A stretch of DNA of 64,000 nucleotides. It comes from an uncultured Candidatus Saccharibacteria bacterium. Its GTDB lineage: Bacteria > Patescibacteriota > Minisyncoccia > Phycocordibacterales > UBA918. Location: assembly GCA_964350645.1 (NCBI GenBank), contig CAYGJY010000001.1, positions 142,316 to 206,315 on the forward strand, in the 5' to 3' direction. The notes under the pieces are model-generated. The model was not told the DNA's origin, searched no databases, and saw only the letters and a program-made list of their open reading frames with translations. Within the stretch, counting starts at the first letter, position 1, and each line of letters starts with the position of its first letter. Positions 29,652 to 38,495 of the stretch are shown here, one piece after another. The position numbers were made by a program, and so were the translations under genes.

Positions 29652-30804
29652 ATAATTTTTCACGTTCAGTTTGCGTTGCTGCTGTGATATAGAAGAATAC
29701 ACGCCCTAAGTGGCCAGTAAAAAACATAAAAGGTATCACACCACGGGCTGAGGCTTTCGAGAAAAGTATACCGCGATTACGACATTGCTCAATTAGGGTA
29801 TCGATTGGTATGTGTTTCCAGTCTGGATTAGACACTTCAAGTGCTACATACGGCTGTTTAGTCGCGATTTTTTCATAGATACCGTATGCATATGAGGAGA
29901 TGACTCGACGAGGATTTGCTTCAACCCAGAGTAGGCCACTTGATTTTGAGAGAATGGCGTTTAGGCCAAGGTGACCACGGTAGCCCATCTTTTGGTAGGC
30001 AGAACCTATTTTTACGGCGTCGCGTTCGATTACTTGGCGAAGTTCAGGATCGATTGTATGGTACGACTCACAGCCTCGATATGAGCGTTTGTTCTGGTAA
30101 AAAAGTTGATTATGAAGCGATAGGGTCTGCACCGCTGCCCCGGTAACTAGTAGTTGTATACTAGGTGAGAGTGATACATCTGGAATCCAAGCCTCTACGA
30201 TATATTTACCAGTTCCTGTTAACTCGTGAGCGGGCCGAATGTCTTTATGGGTGCTTATGGCGTGGTGCAGGGTGTCTGGATTATATACCTCGGCATTTAA
30301 ACCACTTACGCCGTCCTCAGCTTTAATGATGACACTGTTGTTACCTGACCAGAAGAGACGCATTATCTTTACGTAATTCAACCACTTACTTGTGCGGGCT
30401 ACGTGACTGCCGGCTGGTGTAGAGATGTCAATATTGGCACATATTTTCTTAAACAAGGCTTTGCTTACAAAATCGTTATAGCAGCTTGGTATAGTGACAG
30501 ATCCTAGTTGTTGCGCGAGTGTTTCTTCTTTCTCAGTCCAGTTAAATACATCGAGTTCGGTTGGGGTAATGGCAGTAATTTGCTTGAGTGAGTTGCCGCT
30601 GATTGGGTTAGTAACAGTGCGAAGTTCTTCAGGTATGATCCCAATTTCTGCATAAAACGCACATAGTTTTGGGCTTTCATAGGGGATAACCACTGTAGTA
30701 TCAGGGGTGCTGAATACTAAGCCAGAAAATCCAAAATGAGTGATGTCTGTATTAGTAGTGTGCTTAAAAGGGATGTGGAGTCGATGCCAAATTACTGATT
30801 CCAT
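29629..30804 (-). CDS. ATP-grasp-fold enzyme (peptide/amide ligase-like)
   Basis: The segment VIIKAEDGVSGLNAEVY has an ATP-grasp Lys and Gly-rich loop. The C-terminal LWVEANPRR is an E-x-N Mg/ATP motif. Confidence 0.5.
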   Translation of the reverse strand: MESVIWHRLHIPFKHTTNTDITHFGFSGLVFSTPDTTVVIPYESPKLCAFYAEIGIIPEELRTVTNPISGNSLKQITAITPTELDVFNWTEKEETLAQQLGSVTIPSCYNDFVSKALFKKICANIDISTPAGSHVARTSKWLNYVKIMRLFWSGNNSVIIKAEDGVSGLNAEVYNPDTLHHAISTHKDIRPAHELTGTGKYIVEAWIPDVSLSPSIQLLVTGAAVQTLSLHNQLFYQNKRSYRGCESYHTIDPELRQVIERDAVKIGSAYQKMGYRGHLGLNAILSKSSGLLWVEANPRRVISSYAYGIYEKIATKQPYVALEVSNPDWKHIPIDTLIEQCRNRGILFSKASARGVIPFMFFTGHLGRVFFYITAATQTEREKLYEQITNL

Positions 30805-30865
30805 GGTGCTTTAAAAGTTAATCATTTTAGATTTACTTGTGTAACGTATTGTATACTTTTATAAC

Positions 30866-31693
30866 ATGACTGGAAAACGTATTAGTTATTATGTGACTGT
30901 ATTTAGTATCTGTACGATAGCAGGAGTAACTTACTTTTTTTTAATGGAGAGAGGTGACTCAGCTTTATACAAGGAAAATTATGATGCTGTAAACATCAGT
31001 GATACAGCAACGACTGAAGAATTGTTTCAAAAAGGTGAATATTACTTCAATCACGATGATGATCCGGCTGGTCCGTATGATATCAAAGAGGCGCGACGGT
31101 ACTATGAAGCGACGATTCGAAAAGATCCGCAAGCAATCGGGGCAGCCTGGTATCAGTTGGGCCGGATTGATTTTATTGAAGGAAAATTCAATGCAGCGTT
31201 GTATAAGTTTGAAAAATTAGAAGAGTATTTTCCAGAATCAGAAAGTAATATCAATCCTAACTACATGGCGGGATTGGTGTATGGTTATCAAGCTAGAAGG
31301 ACGAAAGACCAAGCTGACTGGGACGCTGCAGAGGCTGCTTTTGTTGACTATATAGAGTATGAACCGTATGCACCGTGGCCGCGGGTTGATTTAGCCTGGA
31401 TATATTTTGCACAGGGGAAGTTTGAGGAGATGAAGCCAGTACTAGGTGAAGGTCTCGTTTATGATGGCGATAATGCTTGGTTGCACAATATGTATGGACT
31501 GGCGATGCTTAATACTGGAGAAAAAGCAATTGCTCAAGAGCATTTTGGTTTTGCTGCTACGCTAGCTGAGGCACTCACACCGGAAGATTGGGGACAATCA
31601 TATCCGGGTAATAATCCCGCAGACTGGGAACAGGGTTTGGAAGAATTTAAAATTGCGATCCAGAGAAATCAAAATTTGGCAGCAGTTGAGTAA
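30866..31693 (+). CDS. Membrane-anchored TPR-like repeat protein
   Basis: An N-terminal TM helix is followed by helical repeats with TPR-like spacing (ARRYYEATIRKDPQAIGAAWYQLGRIDFIEGKFNAAL). Confidence 0.4.
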   Translation: MTGKRISYYVTVFSICTIAGVTYFFLMERGDSALYKENYDAVNISDTATTEELFQKGEYYFNHDDDPAGPYDIKEARRYYEATIRKDPQAIGAAWYQLGRIDFIEGKFNAALYKFEKLEEYFPESESNINPNYMAGLVYGYQARRTKDQADWDAAEAAFVDYIEYEPYAPWPRVDLAWIYFAQGKFEEMKPVLGEGLVYDGDNAWLHNMYGLAMLNTGEKAIAQEHFGFAATLAEALTPEDWGQSYPGNNPADWEQGLEEFKIAIQRNQNLAAVE

Positions 31694-31716
31694 ATTGTTG
31701 TAGGTTATACTGCAGT

Positions 31717-33936
31717 ATGCATCGGTTAGTGCCAGTTTTGGCGTTTTTATCAGGAGTCTGTGGAATTGCTTATGAGTTACTGTACTTCAGGATAATCAGC
31801 GCTTACTTAGGAGATATTTTTTATGTCGGTGCCGCAGTGGTAACTGTTTTTTTTCTCGGTATAGCCTTCGGGTCTTTATACGCTACTGATAAGTATCGTT
31901 ATTTGCCACTTGCAGAGTTTGCCTTAGGGGTTTATGCCATCATTGTAAGTTTCGGACTTCTGCATTTTGGATTGTCTATCACGACAGCCGTCGCACAGTT
32001 ACCTTTCTCTGAAATGATGAATCTGCTTGTAGCAGTTTTTGTAATCCTCGTACCGCCAGCATTTTTGGTCGGTCTGACGGCTCCATGGTTTGTATTTTAT
32101 GTCAGAAACACGAATTTATTTGTCAATAATTTTAGTATCGTGTACTGGCTATACAATCTTGGGGCGGCAGCTTCAGTTTTGTTGGTTGAGTACGTTTTCA
32201 TTAGGTCTTTGGGAATTTCAGCCAGCTTACTGCTAGTGAGCGTTATTAATTTTATTGTCGCTGGGACTCTGTTTCGAATCAAGGCTCCCGCAAAGGTTTC
32301 TGGGGAGATTGTTGCAAGAAACACCGTACCACAACAAGCTGTGCTTCTGCTCAGTGCACTTAGTTTTGTTAGTGGGATACTCCAAATGCTCGTTTTATAT
32401 CAAGTTATTCGCTATGTGGGTCCAATAGCAGAGAATTTTGCATTGTTTATGGTGGCTACACTAACGAGTATTTCAGTCGGAACAGTACTGGTTAGTTATG
32501 GTCGCATTAGTTTCGCTACTATTTGTTTGTGGATTCCGGCCATTATCGGAGTACAGTTTTTGTTGTTGCCTGAATTGATCTGGCTTTATTCAGTGCTATA
32601 CACCAACGGTGGAGTATTTCTAGGCAAGCTGTGTTTAATTGGGTTACTGGTAGTGCCAGTATTCAGTTGGTTTGGAGCAACCGCCGCAGCGTTAGTTGAA
32701 GAGCATAAGATCGCTCACACAGGTTGGGTGTTAGCTGTTACTGCTGGGAGTAATGTATGTGGCTTTTTAGGTTTTTTATTAGTGTTACATCGACCAGACG
32801 TAGCGTTATCTTGGATCATTTTTGGTTGTGGAGTTGGCATCGGTTTGCTAGTGCTGTTCTCAAGACCGTATGCTCTTAACGTATTACTGGTGTTAGCGCT
32901 TAGTGTGGTTTTGCTTGTCAGCGTGCTTGTCCGTTGGCCATCATATCTCGATTCAGTTGCTTATCATAAGGTCCCGGAAACTGTCATGCAGGGGGATGTT
33001 TTTTCAGATGAGACGTTACTGGTAGAGCAGCAATTTGGAGAAGATGTGCGGGTAGTACGTTCAGCAGTAAACAACGATGTGGTGAGATTGCAGTTCAACG
33101 GGTATCACTCATTAACTATCGGACCAGGCACAAACGCCGTTCGTAATGAAGCATTTGTCGGTATCGTAGGCTCTCATTTTACGGCCGCCACTGAGTCCGC
33201 GTTAGTGCTTGGGTTGGGGGCTGGCTTTACAACAGCAGCAGTAGTTGATCGGTATGACACCGTGACAGTGGTTGAGATTAACCCCTTAATGAAAAAGATA
33301 GTCACCTATTTTTCTAAAGAAAATAATAGTGTGAGCTTGGCGAAAAATCTAACAGTCCTTGAACAAGATGGGATCGTCGCACTCGCCAATAGTGCTGAAC
33401 AGTATGATTTAGTCGTGAATACCGTGACTACACCAGCTTATTTTTCAGCTAATAAATTGTGGACGGCAGATGTGTTTGATTTGATCAAACAGCGTTTAAG
33501 TCCCGGTGGTGTGTTTGTCGGGTGGCTCGACAGTCGGTTGGGTGATGTCGGTACCAATATCATGCTCGACACGCTCGAGTCGGTCTTTGCCGAGTGTTCA
33601 TACGCCTATATCAATCAGGAATATTTTGCTTTTGTGTGTAGTGATGGACCACTGACGCATCAAGATCGATCGTGGCCGGCCGATTACTTTAGTGGCCTGT
33701 TAGCTGAAGATTGGCCAGGAGTGTCCGAAATTTTGCTACTTGATTCGCTTATGTTTGATCATGTCCAGCCTGAATCAAGTGCAAAAATGATCAATACGCT
33801 GGACCATCCGGTGTTGTCATATTTAGTACTTAAGCAGGATCTGAGGTCATCAACATTCTCGAGGACAGCACTGGTTGAGTCATTTGCAGCGAAAGATCGT
33901 AGCAGTAGCAGTCAGTCAATTTTAGATCAATGGTAA
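31717..33936 (+). CDS. Polytopic membrane domain fused to a spermidine-synthase-like (aminopropyltransferase-fold) C-terminal domain
   Basis: ~12 TM helices are followed by VLGLGAGFTTAAVVDRYDTVTVVEINPLM and LSPGGVFVGW, a spermidine synthase-like Rossmann domain. Confidence 0.5.
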   Translation: MHRLVPVLAFLSGVCGIAYELLYFRIISAYLGDIFYVGAAVVTVFFLGIAFGSLYATDKYRYLPLAEFALGVYAIIVSFGLLHFGLSITTAVAQLPFSEMMNLLVAVFVILVPPAFLVGLTAPWFVFYVRNTNLFVNNFSIVYWLYNLGAAASVLLVEYVFIRSLGISASLLLVSVINFIVAGTLFRIKAPAKVSGEIVARNTVPQQAVLLLSALSFVSGILQMLVLYQVIRYVGPIAENFALFMVATLTSISVGTVLVSYGRISFATICLWIPAIIGVQFLLLPELIWLYSVLYTNGGVFLGKLCLIGLLVVPVFSWFGATAAALVEEHKIAHTGWVLAVTAGSNVCGFLGFLLVLHRPDVALSWIIFGCGVGIGLLVLFSRPYALNVLLVLALSVVLLVSVLVRWPSYLDSVAYHKVPETVMQGDVFSDETLLVEQQFGEDVRVVRSAVNNDVVRLQFNGYHSLTIGPGTNAVRNEAFVGIVGSHFTAATESALVLGLGAGFTTAAVVDRYDTVTVVEINPLMKKIVTYFSKENNSVSLAKNLTVLEQDGIVALANSAEQYDLVVNTVTTPAYFSANKLWTADVFDLIKQRLSPGGVFVGWLDSRLGDVGTNIMLDTLESVFAECSYAYINQEYFAFVCSDGPLTHQDRSWPADYFSGLLAEDWPGVSEILLLDSLMFDHVQPESSAKMINTLDHPVLSYLVLKQDLRSSTFSRTALVESFAAKDRSSSSQSILDQW

Positions 33937-33937
33937 T

Positions 33938-35044
33938 CTACTGGATTGTCGTACGTGGCTGTGTTTGTAATTTTTTGCAAATCGGATATATGAACACTAA
34001 AGTCAACATAGAAACAATTGCAGCAAGGAAGAGATTGTCTTCCTCAAATACGAAGAAGCTCACTATAAATAATGCATACAGATGTAGTACATAACACACA
34101 AGTGGTGAACGACCGAATACTGATAAGACAACACCCCAGGAACGTTTTGAGCTCAAGTGCATAAGTATACCCAGAAGGAGGAAGTTGCAACCGATGGTGA
34201 TTAATAAAAATACAATGCTGGGGGGATATTTACTCAGCGTTATGAAGGACAGAGGGATACTGTAGTCATTAAGGCCGTAATTACCAATCTCAAATATGCG
34301 GAGTATAAGGCCAGTACAGAGGAGAACAAGGCCTGATTTGAACAGTGTTATAGAAACTTTTTCAGGTTGCTTGATAAGTAGTCGGCCGCATACCATTCCT
34401 AGTAGAGCGACACCAAACCAAGGCAGCAAAGGGTATAAGACAGATATATGACTTGAAAATCCTGGTTGCAGGAGTGGCCAAAAGTAAAAGGGAAGTATTA
34501 TTTTAGAGTGGGAAACTATGGCCGAGAATACAATGATTAACATTGAACCGCTGAATAGATACCAACTTTTAGCCCGGTAGAGTAAAGCGCACAGTGAAAG
34601 TGTGACCCCGAGGCAGTATAAGACGCCGAAATAGTAATAGGTGTTTTGGGAGTCAGTTAGGTGCTTAAAATGTTCTTGTATTGATGCAAATATAGTGTCA
34701 GTATCGGACACCCATACGAGATTAATGACTGCGAATTGCAGAAGAATGAGTAATATGCCCCGGAGGAATAACTGCAGTCTAATCTTAGTATGGGACCAAC
34801 CGATAGAGATTCTGTGATTCACAAAGAGGACTATACTGACACCGAGTACAAGAAAGAAACCTGGAGCAACAATGTGAGATATCAATCTTGGTATAGCAGT
34901 TAGATATGAGGTGTAAGGGGTGCTGGTATTTGAGTACATCTCTAAGAACGATACACCGGCAATAAAATACAGTGCATGGTCAAAAACCATACTAATCAGT
35001 AGCACACCCCGTAAGTGATCAATGGCGATAATTCTGTTTATCAT
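33938..35044 (-). CDS. DUF1624-like membrane acyltransferase-family protein
   Basis: The N-terminus IAIDHLRGVLLISMVFDHALYF is typical of the DUF1624 / heparan-glucosaminide N-acetyltransferase-like family. ~9 TM helices are predicted. Confidence 0.4.
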   Translation of the reverse strand: MINRIIAIDHLRGVLLISMVFDHALYFIAGVSFLEMYSNTSTPYTSYLTAIPRLISHIVAPGFFLVLGVSIVLFVNHRISIGWSHTKIRLQLFLRGILLILLQFAVINLVWVSDTDTIFASIQEHFKHLTDSQNTYYYFGVLYCLGVTLSLCALLYRAKSWYLFSGSMLIIVFSAIVSHSKIILPFYFWPLLQPGFSSHISVLYPLLPWFGVALLGMVCGRLLIKQPEKVSITLFKSGLVLLCTGLILRIFEIGNYGLNDYSIPLSFITLSKYPPSIVFLLITIGCNFLLLGILMHLSSKRSWGVVLSVFGRSPLVCYVLHLYALFIVSFFVFEEDNLFLAAIVSMLTLVFIYPICKKLQTQPRTTIQ

Positions 35045-35115
35045 TGTTGATACAGTAAGTGTAGCGCACCAGAGATATGAAATGTGCTCTAGCGCAGCAT
35101 TGTGTATAAAGGAGT

Positions 35116-37776
35116 ATGTTGAAGAACAAGTGTGACATAATTAAATTAGTAATAACACTCGTATTTATGAAATTGGGACTTTTCAAACGATATTTTTATA
35201 CTGGACTTTTCCTGTGTCTCGGAGCCGTACTGGCGACAGCCTGTTACTTATTTTTCCAGTCTTCTGAGACGCTGGTTGTTGATCAAGATAGTAATTCAGT
35301 GGAGCTTGGTCTGCTCGAGCTTTCGCCACTTGGTGAGGCTGGTGGCTACGCCATGCCGGCTAGTGGCTGTAGTGTGATTCACCGTGATTGTACTGGTGGT
35401 TATGGCTGTACTGGTAAAGATTGTACTCCAGTTTGCCAAGGTTGGGGCCCTCGATATGTAAACTCTTGTTCAATTAGTACTGATCTACGCACTCGCAAAT
35501 ATGCCGATGGCAGCTGGAGTGGGTACAGTGTTAATGACAGGAACATGGTAAATGGTAATAGTATTCAGGTTAATTGGAGTACGTCACTGAGTGATCCAGG
35601 CGATAACAGTCGGATCGTCTGTACACAAGAAAACTTTTCCGATGGAGGATTGAGTGGAAATAATATTAATGTGGTAGAGCCGACAGCTGGGAATAGCACT
35701 AACTATCGAGTTGTCTGTTCCTACTATAACCGAAGTTCAGCTTCAGCTGTGAGAGTGACAAATATATCGCCACTTGCTGTAAACGGATCGTGTGGAACTG
35801 CTAACGGCCGAACATTTTCGCATACTGATACGAGCTACGGTAGTTACACTGCCTGTAGCGCTGGTTCTGCTTCTGGATTTTCATTTCCTGCTGCCGGCTC
35901 GAGTGACTCTTGGACTTGTTCAGGTAGTAACGGGGGTGCACCAGCGAGTTGTTCTGCAAGCAGGAGTGCGGTCCCAGCTGATGACGATCTTACACCTGAT
36001 GAGCCGACTATTGATGGCGTCATTCCGACGACTGTCAATACTCGAATTCCGGTAGGGACGGCTGCTAGTCTCTACACGGTCCAACGAAATATCGGGAATG
36101 CTAACAGCGCAACGTATCGTCTTCGTTTCTACGTTGATCAACCAGTCAGTTCTGCTATTAACGCGGGTGGTATTTTCGACAACCAAGGAGCGTTGGCTCC
36201 AAATGGAAATCGTCCACACCCTAGGACTTGGACTCCAACTGAGACGGGTGTGCATGCAATTCGAGTCGAGACTGAAAACTCTGGCACATGGACTCAGTAC
36301 AACCAAGATACAGATCTTGCAGCCAATAATGACGATAGTAGTACCTACAGTTTTTGGGTAATTCCACAGCCGGTTGATGACTTAACATACACGTGCAGCG
36401 CGGATGGGTCTCAGATTACCTTCAATTGGACTGCTCCAGCTGGTACAGTTGGCAACACATTTGCTTGGCGGTTTGACAATATTACTCAGGGAGGATGGAC
36501 AAATACCTGCAGTAGTATTAATCCAGGTGATGAATGTCTCGATATAACGAGTACTTCTCGGACGGTTAACATTTCACCAGGTGATTCAGTAAGCGCTTGG
36601 GTGCACGCACGAGGGAACGATAGTGTGTGGGGAGCTAGTGACTCAACTGGTACGTTTACGTGTGGACAGAGCGACCTTGATCCTAATAATCCATTGTTCA
36701 ATGGTAGCAACCCAAATGGTCAAGATTACAGAATCGGAACACCAATTACCATCAGTTCTATTCAGCAGAATAAGGGCGGAGTGACTAGTGGACAGTATCG
36801 GTTCCGATTCTTGGTTGATCAGCCAATATCAGCCAATATCGCTCCAGGAGGAAATCTTGATGGACAAGGTCCGATTATTGCAGGTGGCACAAATTCTCAT
36901 TCAACAACTTGGACGCCAACCGAATTAGGGGTTCACACAGTCTCGGCACAAACATTTGCCAATGGTTCGTTTGGTACCTATGTCGACTCAGATACCAGCA
37001 ATAATAATTCAGCCGCTCTAAGCTTTAACATTGTCCCTGTACCAGAATGTATTGATGGTTCTGATAATGATAATGATGGTTTGACAGATAGTGCAGATCC
37101 CGATTGTCCCGGCGGCGGTGCAGATGGTTGTTCATCACCACCATGTAATGAGGGTACCAACGATACACCAGTAGATGCCGATATTGAGGTATGTCTCTTA
37201 GGTGATACCGGTGGTAGTAGTTGTACACCAGACACACTGAGTATTGTTGGGGTTGATGAGGTTGAGATTTCCTGGGACAGTACCTTTGCGAGCAATTGTA
37301 CGTTTACCAATTTTGATGGCGGTGGTCTGACTGGTTCGGCATCTCGAAATGGAACTGACGACACCATTGCTGAACCAAGTGATAGTTCAAGAACATATAC
37401 GGTAACGTGTATTGATTCGAGTGATGGCACATCTATCAGTGACAGTGTAATAGTGAGTCATGCAGCTTCAGGCAGCACAGATGCTTGTGTTCCACCATAT
37501 GACATTTCAGCTGATCCAAGAGTGGTGCGTTCAGGTACTAATTCGACGATTTCCTTCACCAATTATAATGAAGCAACTGGCTGTACGTTGCATCAAAATG
37601 ATATTACCAATCCAGCTGTGTCAACTTCGGGGACACGCTCATGCGGAGTTCCAACAACGTATACTGCAGGTCCACTTACTAGTGCTTCAACGTATGTCTT
37701 AAATTGTCCAGATGATCCAGGGCCGACACGACCAACTGTTACTATTCCCGTTATCCCAGTCATTGACGATAACTAG
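35116..37776 (+). CDS. Large secreted/surface-anchored Cys-rich protein with internally duplicated domains (candidate adhesin or surface-layer component)
   Basis: A signal/TM N-terminus is present (likely true start MKLGLF at 35167). Duplicated ~60-aa modules occur (YRLRFYVDQPVSSAINAGG...TWTPTETGVHAI and YRFRFLVDQPISANIAPGG...TWTPTELGVHTV). A DGSDNDNDGLTDSADPDCPGG Ca-binding-like loop is present and the composition is S/T/G/N-rich. Confidence 0.5.
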   Translation: MLKNKCDIIKLVITLVFMKLGLFKRYFYTGLFLCLGAVLATACYLFFQSSETLVVDQDSNSVELGLLELSPLGEAGGYAMPASGCSVIHRDCTGGYGCTGKDCTPVCQGWGPRYVNSCSISTDLRTRKYADGSWSGYSVNDRNMVNGNSIQVNWSTSLSDPGDNSRIVCTQENFSDGGLSGNNINVVEPTAGNSTNYRVVCSYYNRSSASAVRVTNISPLAVNGSCGTANGRTFSHTDTSYGSYTACSAGSASGFSFPAAGSSDSWTCSGSNGGAPASCSASRSAVPADDDLTPDEPTIDGVIPTTVNTRIPVGTAASLYTVQRNIGNANSATYRLRFYVDQPVSSAINAGGIFDNQGALAPNGNRPHPRTWTPTETGVHAIRVETENSGTWTQYNQDTDLAANNDDSSTYSFWVIPQPVDDLTYTCSADGSQITFNWTAPAGTVGNTFAWRFDNITQGGWTNTCSSINPGDECLDITSTSRTVNISPGDSVSAWVHARGNDSVWGASDSTGTFTCGQSDLDPNNPLFNGSNPNGQDYRIGTPITISSIQQNKGGVTSGQYRFRFLVDQPISANIAPGGNLDGQGPIIAGGTNSHSTTWTPTELGVHTVSAQTFANGSFGTYVDSDTSNNNSAALSFNIVPVPECIDGSDNDNDGLTDSADPDCPGGGADGCSSPPCNEGTNDTPVDADIEVCLLGDTGGSSCTPDTLSIVGVDEVEISWDSTFASNCTFTNFDGGGLTGSASRNGTDDTIAEPSDSSRTYTVTCIDSSDGTSISDSVIVSHAASGSTDACVPPYDISADPRVVRSGTNSTISFTNYNEATGCTLHQNDITNPAVSTSGTRSCGVPTTYTAGPLTSASTYVLNCPDDPGPTRPTVTIPVIPVIDDN

Positions 37777-37797
37777 GTCTACGTACGTGTACTAGCC

Positions 37798-37846
37798 CAG
37801 ATACACAAACGACCTGCAACACTGTTGCAGGTCGTTTGTGTATCTG
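37798..37846. terminator. Perfect 23-bp inverted repeat with a 3-nt loop (bidirectional terminator or protein-binding palindrome)
   Basis: cagatacacaaacgacctgcaac-act-gttgcaggtcgtttgtgtatctg lies between convergent genes. Confidence 0.45.
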
Positions 37847-37916
37847 TGTATGATCCGTTAATCAATAGGTCATGTTTGACCTCGACTCTGATAGTGTGTT
37901 TATTTTAGCGGATAGT

Positions 37917-38492
37917 TTAGACTGCAGTCTCGTCAGGCTTGGTTGGTAAGCGCTCGTCAGCTGCTTTCAAGATGAGGGCTTTAATGTCACGAGGCCTTGG
38001 CATGTTGTGGCTAGTGAATTCTTCATTACTGCCACCAGCTGTTTGTGCTTCGATGGTACCAAAGTCGAGAAGGGTAGGGATCACACCATTGACCTCAATG
38101 TTCATATCCTGCAATCGTTCAAGTCTAAATGAACTCACAAAACGATGGAAAAAGCCTCGTTGGTCAACTAAAATGACACGTTTATTGGTGATGGCCCAGA
38201 GGTCAAGATAATGGTCGGTCCAGGCATTGGCAAGGGAAATCCATAAGAGTAAAAGCCATGCCGTATAGATGGTCCACAATTCACTGCTATAACCCTCAGC
38301 GTACTCAGTCAAGCTCGTTAGACCGGTTGCAGCTTCGGGTAAGGTAAGAGATTTTATCAGCAGGAATGCAATCAAAGGAAACAGCGCTAAGAAGGCGATA
38401 AAGAAACAGCGCATAGCAATAATCCACCAGTGTTTGCGGACAATCTTGATGACGTATTCGTCAACTTCGAGGTTGATACGTTCGAGGAGCAT
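37917..38492 (-). CDS. Membrane protein with a bacterial PH (YdbT/DUF304-like) domain
   Basis: Two TM helices are followed by a ~100-aa domain starting WAITNKRVILVDQRGFF, which is bPH_2-like. Confidence 0.35.
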   Translation of the reverse strand: MLLERINLEVDEYVIKIVRKHWWIIAMRCFFIAFLALFPLIAFLLIKSLTLPEAATGLTSLTEYAEGYSSELWTIYTAWLLLLWISLANAWTDHYLDLWAITNKRVILVDQRGFFHRFVSSFRLERLQDMNIEVNGVIPTLLDFGTIEAQTAGGSNEEFTSHNMPRPRDIKALILKAADERLPTKPDETAV

Positions 38493-38495
38493 GGT

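Noticed and set aside
36820-36841. The short tandem repeat cagccaatat x2 was checked as a possible CRISPR or VNTR array.
   Set aside because: It has only two units of 10-11 bp inside a coding region. It is a micro-duplication, not an array, and is reported under the surface-protein finding instead.
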